A stretch of DNA of 64,000 bases from Alphaproteobacteria bacterium (GTDB taxonomy: Bacteria > Pseudomonadota > Alphaproteobacteria > UBA828), in contig CBDCRW010000003.1 in assembly GCA_965221125.1 (NCBI GenBank), positions 1 through 64,000 of the forward strand. The letters are read 5' to 3'. Position numbers and translations under genes: made by a program. The notes under the pieces are model-generated. The model made no database searches, had not been told where the DNA came from, and saw nothing but the letters and a program-made list of their open reading frames with translations. Each line of letters starts with the position of its first letter. Position 1 is the first letter of the stretch. Positions 9,179-18,557 of the stretch are shown piece by piece.

Positions 9179-10254
9179 AGGTGGGCGTAGCGCAGCGTCA
9201 TCCGGGTGTTGGAGTGCCCCAGCATGCGGGAGACCACGGGCACCGGAACGCCGTTCATCACCGCGTGGCTGGCATGAGTATGCCGGAGATCGTGAAGGCG
9301 CACGTCCTCGATGCCGACCTCGCGCCGGACCCGCTCCCAGAGAGGGAGTATGCGGCCGCGCGGCCGCGAAGGGTCGCGCGGCGAGGGGAACACGTAGGAG
9401 CTCTCCGTGCGCGGCTGGCGTTCGAGGATGCGCCGGGCCTCGGTGCCGAGGGGGATCTTCCTCGGCCCGGTCTTGGTATCGACAAGCACGAGCATGTCGC
9501 CATGAACCTCCGACCGGCGCAGCTCGACGATCTCGCCCCTGCGGCACCCGGTGAGCAGCAGGAGCCGGACAATGTCGGCCTGCTGGCGGAACCTGTTTCC
9601 CTTCGCGGCCTCCCTGTCGAGCGCCGCGTGCAGGCGCTCTACCTCCTCGCGCGACAGGAAGCGGGTGAGCGCCGGGCGGGGGTTCGGCTTGATGCCGCGC
9701 GCCGGGTTGGCGCCGACATGGCCGTGCGCGCCGGCGAAGTTCATGATCTGGCGCAGGAGGGCGAGAGCGTGGTTGGCGTTGCCCGGCGCGGTCCGGCTGA
9801 ACGCGTCGAACCAGCGCCTGACATCGGCCTGGGCGATGCGGTCGAGCGGCTTCGGCCCGAAGGCGGGCAGCAGCCGGGCGTCGAGCAGCGAACGGTAGCC
9901 CTTCCTGGTCGAGGGCTTGCATCGCTCGAATTGAACCTCCCTCCACTCGCCCTCGACGAACTCCCGGAACAGGGGAACGGCCCGCGCAGGCGCCGGTTCC
10001 GTTTCCGGGCTCGCGCGCCGCGCGTGGCACTCCCGGCGCGCCTCCTCGACGCCCATTGCCGAGACCGGGCCGAGCGTCGTCCGCCGCGACCCGTCCGCCG
10101 CTGCCCGCAGCAGGACCCAGCTCTTCCCTCCGGAAGGACGCACCCGGACCCCGAGGCCGGGCATACGGCTGTCCCAGACCGTGTATTCGCGCTTGCGCGG
10201 GCGCAACCGGGCGACCGCCGTATCGGTAAGGCGCACGCGGCGCGCGGCGCTCAT
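9179..10254 (-). pseudogene. Tyrosine integrase 2 (arm-binding N-terminus), interrupted by IS21 near its 3' end
   Basis: YTVWDSRMPGLGVRVRPSGGKSW arm domain; TGCRRGE, TKTG, HDLRHT, LGH, LRYAH catalytic set; IS follows YAHL. Confidence 0.92.
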
Positions 10255-11378
10255 GGCCGGCCCCCAAGCACGATACCGATGGTTTCGGCGGCGTCCATCG
10301 CCATGGCGTCGGCGAAATGAGTATATGCGAGGGTGGTCTGGGGGCTTCGGTGTCCGAGCAGCCGGGCGATGGCGAGAACGGTCTCGCCGTTCTTCAACGC
10401 GATGCTGGCGTAACTATGCCGCAGATCGTGAAGGCGGACATCCCGAAGACCGGCTTCCGAGCGCAGCGCGTACCAGAAGCGGTCGAGGGAGCCCTTGCTC
10501 CGCGGGCCTGCCGCGCGATGTGCGGGAAAGACCCAGCTTCCCTTTCGATCCAGGGAATCGAGAACATTCCTGGCGGGCTGGGAGAGCCAGACGGTTCTGG
10601 GTCCGGACTTGGAGTCCCGGAGGAACAGGCGTCCTTCGCGGTAGTCCGACCATCGGAGCGTGAGGATTTCGTTCTTGCGGCATCCGGTCAGCAGAAGAAG
10701 GCGGACCGCGGCGACCTGCCGGGGATACTGATCGGCGTGGGCCGACAGCCGTTCGGACAGTCTCCGGATCTCGTCGTCGGAGAGGAAGCGCGCGCGCCCC
10801 TTTCGGCGGTATCGCCGGATGCCTCGGCACGGATTGGAGCCCTCGGGACGGAGACCCATGGCCTCGGCCTCGCGCATGATGACGGAGAGCACCGGCATGG
10901 AGCGGTCGGCGGCTACCGGCGTGGCGTGGAGGGATGCGAACCAGTTCTTGACCTCGCGCGCGTCGATGTCGGCGATGGGGCGTTTGGCGAAGTGGGGCAG
11001 GATCTGGTTGCGCAGGTAGTTGCGGTTGACCGTGAGCGTCCCCGCCTTCCAGAGCCGCCGGTGGCGATCGAACGCGGTCTGGGCGACAGTCTCGAAGAGC
11101 GTCTCTTCGGGCAGGGCCGGCGCGGGCTCGCCCCGCCGGATCGCAGCGAGCATCTGGGCCGCGCGGGACCGCGCTTCTGCGACGCTCATCCCGGCGGCAT
11201 CGCCGATGATCTTCCAGACGCGCTCGCCGTCGTACTGGCAGTGGACGAAGAAGCGCTTGCGGCCCGAGGGCAGCACCCTGACGCCGAAGCCCTTGAGCTT
11301 GCCGTCTCGGATGTCGCGGGCGGTCTTGCGGGGATTGAGTGCGGCTATGCGGGCGTCCGTGAGGTTGGTTCTGGGCAT
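10251..11378 (-). CDS. Tyrosine integrase 1 (arm-binding N-terminus)
   Basis: RBS GGAGAA; DGKLKGFGVRVLPSGRKRF; TGCRKNE, SKSG, HDLRHSY, LGH, LAYTH; ATGA overlap with integrase 2. Confidence 0.94.
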   Translation of the reverse strand: MPRTNLTDARIAALNPRKTARDIRDGKLKGFGVRVLPSGRKRFFVHCQYDGERVWKIIGDAAGMSVAEARSRAAQMLAAIRRGEPAPALPEETLFETVAQTAFDRHRRLWKAGTLTVNRNYLRNQILPHFAKRPIADIDAREVKNWFASLHATPVAADRSMPVLSVIMREAEAMGLRPEGSNPCRGIRRYRRKGRARFLSDDEIRRLSERLSAHADQYPRQVAAVRLLLLTGCRKNEILTLRWSDYREGRLFLRDSKSGPRTVWLSQPARNVLDSLDRKGSWVFPAHRAAGPRSKGSLDRFWYALRSEAGLRDVRLHDLRHSYASIALKNGETVLAIARLLGHRSPQTTLAYTHFADAMAMDAAETIGIVLGGRP

Positions 11379-11388
11379 CGCATTCTCC

Positions 11389-11444
11389 CGGTTGCGGTTG
11401 CAGCCGGGGGAACGGACGGTTGCAGCATCCGTCACCCGGTTGCA
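11389..11444. repeat. CGGTTGCA direct repeats upstream of the integrases (candidate arm-type sites)
   Basis: CGGTTGCA at 11395, 11417 and 11437 plus CGGTTGC at 11389. Confidence 0.6.
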
Positions 11445-11487
11445 CGGTGAGGGAGAAAAAGAGACCCTGTGTCAGATAGTTAGCACC

Positions 11488-11874
11488 GAAGGTGCGTCGC
11501 ATGGTGTCGCACTTCGCGAACGCGCAGTCGCTCACTACGCCGATGCAACGGTCCGGGTACTTCGCCGCGAACTTCAGCGCGATCATGCCGCCGGCGGACG
11601 TGCCCATCACGTGCGCCCGCTCGATCTGAAGCGCATCGAGCAGCGCCGCGAGGTCGTCCGCCCAGATATCGAGGTCGTAGCGCATCAGCGGACGGTCGCT
11701 CTGCCCGTAGCCCCGCTGGTCGTAGCTGATGAGCTGGAACGACTCGGCGAGTCCTTCCCAGACCATCGCGAAGTTCTGGCGCCCGAAGAGCGAGCCGCCG
11801 ATCAGCGCCAGCGGGTCGCCTTTGCCCATCAGCTCGTAGTAAATATTGATCCCGTTGGCATTGACCTTCGGCAT
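11488..11874 (-). pseudogene. Alpha/beta hydrolase, 5' half only (truncated by the integrase element)
   Basis: MPKVNANGINIYYE..YDQRGYGQS..GTSAGG nucleophile elbow; family-like sequence stops after ~129 aa, with no catalytic His region. Confidence 0.85.
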
Positions 11875-11978
11875 GACGTGTCCCTCCCGATCACCTGCCC
11901 CCGCCATCCGGCGCGCTGCCGGTTGCACATGCCGGCGCGCGCCCAAGGGCCATGCACCATGATGGACCGGGATCGCCC

Positions 11979-14900
11979 ATGAACCTAGCGCCGGAATGGA
12001 AGGACGCCGCGCGGCCGCCCCTGCCTGCGGACGAGGATGCGCTCGCGCTCTGCTGGGAGCGCTGGCGCGAAAATGCAGAGCGAAGCGAGGATGACGTCCT
12101 CGTCGCGTTCGCCGAAGCGTGCGAGGGCGATGCCAGCGCCAATGCGCTGCTGAGCGCGCTCTTCGGCAACAGCCGCTATCTCAGCCATTGCCTCATCGCC
12201 GACCAGGCATTTGCCCGATTGCTGGTCGAGCAGGGCGCGGAGGCCGCCTACGCAGCTGCCCGCGAGATGGCGGCGGATACTAGTGCCCTGGGCGAGGAAT
12301 CGCGGCAGCAGGTGATGAAGCGCCTCCGCGTCGCCAAGCGCCGCGCCAGCCTCGCCATCGGCATGGCCGACATCGTCTCGGTGTGGCCGCTGGAGCGCGT
12401 CACGGGGGCTCTCTCCGACATCGCGTCCACGACGCTCAGCGCCGTTTGCACCCACCTGCTGCGGAACCTGCACGACCGCGGCAAGCTCGCCCTGCCCGAT
12501 CCGGCAGCGCCCGAGAAGAGCTCCGGCCTCATCATCCTCGGCATGGGCAAGCTCGGCGCGGGCGAGCTCAACTACTCGAGCGACGTGGACATCATCGTCC
12601 TCTTCGACGAGGAGATCGCGTCCGACGCCAGCGGCGACGGCTTGCAGCAGACTTTTGCGCGCCTGGCCCGCAACCTCGTCACGATCATGGACGAGCGAAC
12701 GGCCGACGGATACGTCTTCCGCACCGACCTCCGTCTCCGCCCGGACCCCGGCTCCACTGCGGCCGCCCTCTCGGTCCGCGCCGCCGAGGCCTACTACGCG
12801 ACCACCGGCGAGAACTGGGAGCGGGCCGCCATGATCAAGGCGAAGCCCGTGGCCGGCGACATCGAGGCCGGGAACGGCTTCCTGGAGCGGCTCGAGCCCT
12901 TCATCTGGCGCCGCCACCTCGACTTCGCCGCGATCCAGAACATCCGCGCCATCAAGCGCCAGATCGACGCCCACCGCGGCGGCGGCCAGGTCGCCGTCGC
13001 CGGGCACAACATCAAGCTCGGCCGCGGCGGCATTCGCGAGATCGAGTTCCTCGCGCAGACCCAGCAGCTCATCTGGGGCGGGCGGGATCCGGCGCTCCGC
13101 GTGCGCGGCACGCGCGAGGCGTTCGACCTGCTCGTCGAAGCCGGCCATGTGCGCCGGCAGGCGGTGACGGAGCTGATGGAGGCCTACACCTTCCATCGCA
13201 CCGTCGAGCACCGCCTGCAGATGGCGGACGACCGCCAGACCCACAGCATGCCGGAGGATGACGAGGGGGTCGCACAGGTCGCGACCTTCCTCGGTTTCGA
13301 ATCGAGCGAATCGTTCGCCGAGACGCTCCTGGGCTACCTGAGAACGGTGGAGCGCCACTACACGACACTCTTCGACGACGACGCGACCCTCACGACGTCA
13401 GGCACGCTCGACGTCAGTGCCGAGGGCGACGGCGACGCCACGCTGGAGACCCTCGCGGCGATGGGCTACGCGCACCCCGAGCGCGCGTTCGAGACGCTGC
13501 GCGCCTGGCACGAGGGCCGCTATCGCGCCATGCGGAGCGAGGAGGCGCGCGAGCGGTTGGCCGAGCTGGTGCCGACCATTCTGGACGTCCTGGCCGCGTG
13601 GCCGGACCCCGATTCGGCGCTCGCGCTCTTCGACGGGTTCCTCGCGCGTCTGCCGGCCGGCTCCCACCTCTTCTCAATGTTTGCCGCCCACCCGGAGCTG
13701 TTCGACCTGATCACGGAGATCATGGGCTCGGCACCCCGCCTCGCCGGCTGGCTGGAGCATCGGCCGATGCTGCTCGACAGCGTGCTGAGCCGCGAGTTTT
13801 CCGATCTGGACGTGCCGGACGCCGACGAGCTGGGACCCGAGCTTGCGACCATGGCACGCCGCGGCCTCGTGCGCGTCTTCTACCAGCGCGAGTTCGGCGC
13901 GGCGGAAATGAAAGCCGAGCTTGCCGACGAGGCGCTCCGCGCGCGGGACCTGCAGGATTTTCTGGATGCCGAGAGACGCTGGGCCAACGACAAGATTTTT
14001 CATATCGGCGTCCACATGCTTCGCGGGCTGCTCTTCCCCGTCGAGGCCGCCGTTCCGCTCTCCGATATTGCGGACGCATGCCTCGGCGCGGCGCTCCCCG
14101 TCGTCGCCAAGGCCTTCGCCGCGACGCACGGTCATATTCCGGGCGGCCGCTTCGCCGTGGTCGCGCTGGGCCGGCTCGGCAGCCGGCAGATGACGGTGAC
14201 CGCGCCCCTCGACCTCATGCTCGTCTACGACCACCCGCAGAACGCATCGGAATCCGACGGCCGCAAGGCCCTCAGGCCCGACCGCTATTACGGGCAGTTG
14301 AGCCGGCGCTTCATCGCCGCAATCCGGGCGGCGACGGCGGAGGGCACGCTCTACGACATGGACATGCGCCCGCGTCCCTCGGGCAACGCCGGCCCCATCG
14401 TCACCTCGCTCGCATCCTTCGTGAAGCATTTTGAGGCCGGCGTCCCGGCCTGGCAGCACCAGGCGCTGACGCGCGCGCGCGTGGTCTGGGCGGGGGGCGA
14501 CCTCGGCGAGCGGTTCGAGCAGGCGCGCCGCTCCATCCTCAGCCGGGAGCGTACCCGCGAGGATCTCGTGGCCCAGCTTGCCGAGGTGCGCGAGGACCTG
14601 CGTGGCGACGACCCCGACGAGGACATCTGGGCGGTCGAGCAGAAGCGCGGCGGCCTGATGGACACGGAGTTCATCGCGCAATACCTGCAGCTGCTGCATG
14701 CGGCGGAGACCGAGGACATCCTTGCCGGCACCACGGTCTCCGTCTTCGAGGCCGCGGGCAGCCGGGGTTTGATCGAGCCAGAGGCCGCGCGCGAGCTGGC
14801 CGACGCCGCGACGCTCTGGCACAACCTGCACGGCATCCTGAGCCTGACGGTGGAAGAGCGCTTCGTCGAGGCGACGGCGCCGCCGGCGCTGCTCGCCGTC

Positions 14901-15014
14901 ATCGAGCGGGCCTGCGACATGGCGGGCATCGACTCGCTCAAGGAGGCGATGCGCGAGACGACGGCCCGCACCGCCGCTCACTACGACCGCCTGCTGGGGA
15001 ATGGCGGGGCCTGA
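11979..15014 (+). CDS. glnE: Glutamine synthetase adenylyltransferase/adenylyl-removing enzyme
   Basis: GMGKLGAGELNYSSDVD, FRTDLRLRPDP, NIKLGRGGIREIEF; second NT domain present but degenerate; start uncertain (11952 or 11979). Confidence 0.93.
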   Translation: MNLAPEWKDAARPPLPADEDALALCWERWRENAERSEDDVLVAFAEACEGDASANALLSALFGNSRYLSHCLIADQAFARLLVEQGAEAAYAAAREMAADTSALGEESRQQVMKRLRVAKRRASLAIGMADIVSVWPLERVTGALSDIASTTLSAVCTHLLRNLHDRGKLALPDPAAPEKSSGLIILGMGKLGAGELNYSSDVDIIVLFDEEIASDASGDGLQQTFARLARNLVTIMDERTADGYVFRTDLRLRPDPGSTAAALSVRAAEAYYATTGENWERAAMIKAKPVAGDIEAGNGFLERLEPFIWRRHLDFAAIQNIRAIKRQIDAHRGGGQVAVAGHNIKLGRGGIREIEFLAQTQQLIWGGRDPALRVRGTREAFDLLVEAGHVRRQAVTELMEAYTFHRTVEHRLQMADDRQTHSMPEDDEGVAQVATFLGFESSESFAETLLGYLRTVERHYTTLFDDDATLTTSGTLDVSAEGDGDATLETLAAMGYAHPERAFETLRAWHEGRYRAMRSEEARERLAELVPTILDVLAAWPDPDSALALFDGFLARLPAGSHLFSMFAAHPELFDLITEIMGSAPRLAGWLEHRPMLLDSVLSREFSDLDVPDADELGPELATMARRGLVRVFYQREFGAAEMKAELADEALRARDLQDFLDAERRWANDKIFHIGVHMLRGLLFPVEAAVPLSDIADACLGAALPVVAKAFAATHGHIPGGRFAVVALGRLGSRQMTVTAPLDLMLVYDHPQNASESDGRKALRPDRYYGQLSRRFIAAIRAATAEGTLYDMDMRPRPSGNAGPIVTSLASFVKHFEAGVPAWQHQALTRARVVWAGGDLGERFEQARRSILSRERTREDLVAQLAEVREDLRGDDPDEDIWAVEQKRGGLMDTEFIAQYLQLLHAAETEDILAGTTVSVFEAAGSRGLIEPEAARELADAATLWHNLHGILSLTVEERFVEATAPPALLAVIERACDMAGIDSLKEAMRETTARTAAHYDRLLGNGGA

Positions 15015-15036
15015 CCTGCGCCCGCGCGTTGTGGTG

Positions 15037-16287
15037 CTAGAAACGGTCCGGTGAGAGGCCCGCCATGTCGATCCCGGGCTCCCGGCCCGAGACGATGTCG
15101 GCGATGATCCGGCCGGAGCCGGACGAGTAGGTCCAGCCCGTGCTGCCGTGGCCGGTGTCCATGTAAAGCCCCGGAATGCGGGTCTTGCCGATGACCGGCA
15201 GGCAATCCGGCGTCATCGGCCGGAAGCCGATCCAGCGCTCGGCCCTGGTGCGGTCACCGCAGCCCGGAAACACCGCCATCGCCGCGTCCAGCGTTGCGGT
15301 CGCACGGTCTGGCCGGATCGTCGCGTTGTGCCCGTCGAGCTCGGCGGTGCCGGCGCAGCGCAGCCGGTCGCCGAGCCGGCTCATGACGATGCGCCGGTGG
15401 CCGTCGTGGATGGCGCGGGTGGGTGCGCCGTTGTAGCCGGTGGTCGGGATGGTCACCGAGTAGCCCTTGAGCGGGTAGATCGGCACCCGGAGCCCGAGGC
15501 GCTTGAGAAAGGCCGCGCTGTAGCTCGCGAGACTCATCACCACCGCATCGGCCTCGATGGCGCCCTTGTCGGTCTCCGCGCCGGTCACCCGCCGGCGGTC
15601 GCCGGTCAGCCGACGCACCGTCTCGCCATAGCGGAAGGTCACGCCGTTCGCCGCCGCGGCCGCGGCGAGGGCCTGCGTGAACTTGTGTGCATCGCCCGAC
15701 TCGTCGTTCGCGAAGTAGACCGCGCCTGCGAACTGGTCCGCCGTCTGCTGCAGCGCAGGTTCGGCCTCGAGCATCGCCTCCCTGTCGAGGCGCTTGGGAT
15801 GGAAGTGCGTGTCCGCCATCCGCGTCTCGTACCTGTAGGACGCATCCAGCGACGCGCTATCGCGGTAGAGGTGGAGCACCCCTTCGGCGCGCTGGTCGTA
15901 GGCCAATCCCTCCTTCTCGCGCAGCGTCTTCAGGCAGTCGTAGCTGTAGGTCGAGAGCCTGAGCGAGACCTGCTGCGAGCGCTCGAATTGCGCCCGCGTG
16001 CAATGGCGCAGGAAGCTCACGGCCCAGCGCCACTGGGCGAGGTCGGGGCGGAGGCGGAACAGGTAGGGCGCATCCTCGCGCCCGAACCACTTGACCAGCA
16101 TGCGGGGCACTTCGGGGTGCGCCCAGGGGCGGGAGCTGTAGGCGCCCACGATGCCGCCGTTGGCGAAGCTGGTCTCCAGGCCGGCGCCGCCCTGCCGCTC
16201 CACCACGGTGACCTCGTGGCCGGCCTCGTTCAGGAAGTAGGCGGCCGCGGTGCCGACGACTCCGGCGCCCAGCACCAGGACGCGCAT
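15037..16287 (-). CDS. dadA: D-amino acid dehydrogenase (DadA family)
   Basis: GAGVVG FAD motif, ETSFANGG, DESGDAHKFT, GFRPMTPD, TGHGSTGWT. Confidence 0.88.
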   Translation of the reverse strand: MRVLVLGAGVVGTAAAYFLNEAGHEVTVVERQGGAGLETSFANGGIVGAYSSRPWAHPEVPRMLVKWFGREDAPYLFRLRPDLAQWRWAVSFLRHCTRAQFERSQQVSLRLSTYSYDCLKTLREKEGLAYDQRAEGVLHLYRDSASLDASYRYETRMADTHFHPKRLDREAMLEAEPALQQTADQFAGAVYFANDESGDAHKFTQALAAAAAANGVTFRYGETVRRLTGDRRRVTGAETDKGAIEADAVVMSLASYSAAFLKRLGLRVPIYPLKGYSVTIPTTGYNGAPTRAIHDGHRRIVMSRLGDRLRCAGTAELDGHNATIRPDRATATLDAAMAVFPGCGDRTRAERWIGFRPMTPDCLPVIGKTRIPGLYMDTGHGSTGWTYSSGSGRIIADIVSGREPGIDMAGLSPDRF

Positions 16288-16324
16288 TGCCTGCCTCCGG
16301 CCGCCGGCGCCTGCGGTGGGCGGC

Positions 16325-16540
16325 CTACCCTATCTCCACCGCGAGCTGGCCCACGTCCACGGCGTCTTCCTCCTTGACGTGGAGCTTCTTGACCACACCG
16401 TCGCTCTCGGCGTCGTGGGGCACCTCGGTCTTCATCACTTCGAGGATGAACAGCGTGTCCCCCGCCTTGACCGAATCGCCCTCGTTCACCAGGACCTTCC
16501 ACACGTTGCCCGGAGCCTGGGTCAGAACCTCCTCCGCCAT
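16325..16540 (-). CDS. Stand-alone biotin carboxyl carrier (biotinyl domain) protein
   Basis: 71 aa, PGNVWKVLVNEGDSV..ILEVMKTE biotinylation motif; RBS GGAGG. Confidence 0.85.
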   Translation of the reverse strand: MAEEVLTQAPGNVWKVLVNEGDSVKAGDTLFILEVMKTEVPHDAESDGVVKKLHVKEEDAVDVGQLAVEIG

Positions 16541-16554
16541 GAACTGGCCTCCCT

Positions 16555-17523
16555 CTATTCGATGCTGTCGTGCGTGCAGGCCTCGTCGAGGGCGAATCGC
16601 AGCGCCTGCGCTTCGCCCACCGAGACCTCGCGGAACTTGATGGATTCGTTGGGCTTCATCTGCCCGAGCTTCCAGAAGGCGGCGGACGGCACCGTGTAGG
16701 GGCAGATGAAGCCGCCCATGCTGGGGCCGTCGTTCATCAGGATGATCGGCGTCTGGCCGCCCAGGTTCACCGCGCCCAGCGGATAGCCCTGGTCGATGAT
16801 GTTGGAGGGGAAGTCGCCGTGCTCGGGCAGCTTGTCGGTGGCCTTCTCGGTGAAGGTCCAGTCCGGCCCCCTGAGCCGATAGCCGGTGCGGTCGCTCCGC
16901 GCTTCGAGCAGCCATGCCGTCTCCGTGAAGCGGTCGTGGCCGGCGTCGTCGATCCAGTCGTCGTTGGGGCCCCGCACCGCTTCGACCTCCCAGGTCTTGC
17001 CGCCCGGGAAGGCCGGCCGCGCGCGCTCCGCGACCCTGCGGCCCGGCGTGCCGGCGGCCTCCTTGACCGGGAGCACCTGCCCCGCCTGCACCGCGTGGCC
17101 ATCCAGCCCGCCGACGCCGGCCTTGTGGAAGGTCGACGCCGAGCCGAGCCATTGCGGCGCGTCGATGCCGCCCGCCACAGCCAGATAGCCGCGCGCGCCG
17201 GCGACCGCCGGGCCCATCACCAGCGTCTGACCGGCCTCCACTGCGACGCTCTCCCACATCGGTATGGGCTGCCCGTCGAGGATCGGGCGCATGTTGGCTC
17301 CCGTCACCGCGATCACGCCGGCCCGCTCGAAGCGGATCGTCGGGCCCATGAACTGAGCCTCCAGCCCCGGCGCGCCCTCGTCGTTGCCGACCACGAGATT
17401 GGCCAGCCGGAACGACCACATGTCCATCGGGCCGGAGGGCGGAAACCCCTGGTTCCAGTAGCCGATGCGGCCGGGAAAATCCTGGATGCTGGTCTCAAGG
17501 CCCGGCTTGACGATCTCAAGCAT
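16555..17523 (-). CDS. Carboxyltransferase / 5-oxoprolinase subunit C (PxpC/KipA, urea-amidolyase-like)
   Basis: TSIQDFPGRIGYW..PPSGPMD, SDRTGYRL, PIILMNDGPSMGGF. Confidence 0.87.
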   Translation of the reverse strand: MLEIVKPGLETSIQDFPGRIGYWNQGFPPSGPMDMWSFRLANLVVGNDEGAPGLEAQFMGPTIRFERAGVIAVTGANMRPILDGQPIPMWESVAVEAGQTLVMGPAVAGARGYLAVAGGIDAPQWLGSASTFHKAGVGGLDGHAVQAGQVLPVKEAAGTPGRRVAERARPAFPGGKTWEVEAVRGPNDDWIDDAGHDRFTETAWLLEARSDRTGYRLRGPDWTFTEKATDKLPEHGDFPSNIIDQGYPLGAVNLGGQTPIILMNDGPSMGGFICPYTVPSAAFWKLGQMKPNESIKFREVSVGEAQALRFALDEACTHDSIE

Positions 17524-17535
17524 GGACGCGCGCTC

Positions 17536-18465
17536 CTAGTTCAGGTGCTTGAGGTACTGGTTCACGAAATCGAAGCCGATGAGCTTGCAATAGAGACCCA
17601 TCAGCCGCTCCGTCAACGGGCCGGGGATCCTCCGCTCGCCGAAGGGCACGTCGTTGATGGTCGCCACCGGGCAGATGCAGAAGCTGGTGGACGTGATGAA
17701 GGCCTCGTCGGCGCCGTGCGCGTCGAAGAGGTCGAGGTCGCACTTCACCACCTCGATCTCCGCCTCCTCGGCAAGCTCCAGCACGGTCTCGCGGCTGATG
17801 CCGTTGAGCACGTAGCGGTCCTGCGGCGTGTAGAGCACGCCGTCGTCGACGAGAAAGATGTTCGAGCCGACGCCCTCGGAGAGATTGCCGTTGTGGTCGA
17901 GGAACAGCGCCAGGGCATTGGGATCACGGCGGCGCACCTCGTCGTTGCCGACGAACAGGCTCAGGTAGTTGTGGGTCTTCGCCCTGGGTGAGATCGAATC
18001 CGGCGCGGCCCGGCGGTTCGAGGGAATCATCAGCGGAATGCCGTCGCGGTAGTAGTGGGCCCGCTGGGCGATGGGAAGCGGCGTGCAGTCGATGATGAGC
18101 ACAGGGTCGGTCGAGCCGTGGAAATCGCCGCCCGCAGGCTCGAGCCCGCGGGAGATGCGCTGAAAAACCCAGTAGTCGTCGTCCGGCCCCAGCAGGTGCA
18201 GGTTGCGGGCGAGCACCTCCTCGGTGTGGCGCTTCATCTCCGACGGCGCCATGCCGGGGTCGATCCGGAGGTAACGCAGGGTCTTGTAGAAGCGCACGAT
18301 GTGCTCTTCGAGCTTGAAGATGCGGTGTCCGAAGGTGCGGGTCGTGTCGAAGGCGCCGTCGCCGTAGCGGAAACTTCGATCGCGGAAGGAGACCAGGGCC
18401 CGGCTCTCCGGCACGATCTCCCCGTTGAAGTAGCAGACCCGCTCGTTCGCGCGTTCAGCGACCAT
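17536..18465 (-). CDS. Class IV PLP aminotransferase (branched-chain/D-amino acid type)
   Basis: DRSFRYGDGAFDTTRT, AKTHNYL, EGVGSNIF, LNGISR, ADEAFITST. Confidence 0.9.
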   Translation of the reverse strand: MVAERANERVCYFNGEIVPESRALVSFRDRSFRYGDGAFDTTRTFGHRIFKLEEHIVRFYKTLRYLRIDPGMAPSEMKRHTEEVLARNLHLLGPDDDYWVFQRISRGLEPAGGDFHGSTDPVLIIDCTPLPIAQRAHYYRDGIPLMIPSNRRAAPDSISPRAKTHNYLSLFVGNDEVRRRDPNALALFLDHNGNLSEGVGSNIFLVDDGVLYTPQDRYVLNGISRETVLELAEEAEIEVVKCDLDLFDAHGADEAFITSTSFCICPVATINDVPFGERRIPGPLTERLMGLYCKLIGFDFVNQYLKHLN

Positions 18466-18557
18466 CCCTTCGCCCCCCGAACCTTCCGACTCTCCTGCCG
18501 GCCGGGGCGCGATCATGGCGCAAAAGCCCGGACGGTGCGAGTGCCCAGCGCGCGCCC

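Noticed and set aside
10414-11946. 510-aa hydrolase-fusion ORF
   Set aside because: Only the ~129 aa from the Met at 11874 are hydrolase; the rest is out-of-frame read-through across integrase 1.
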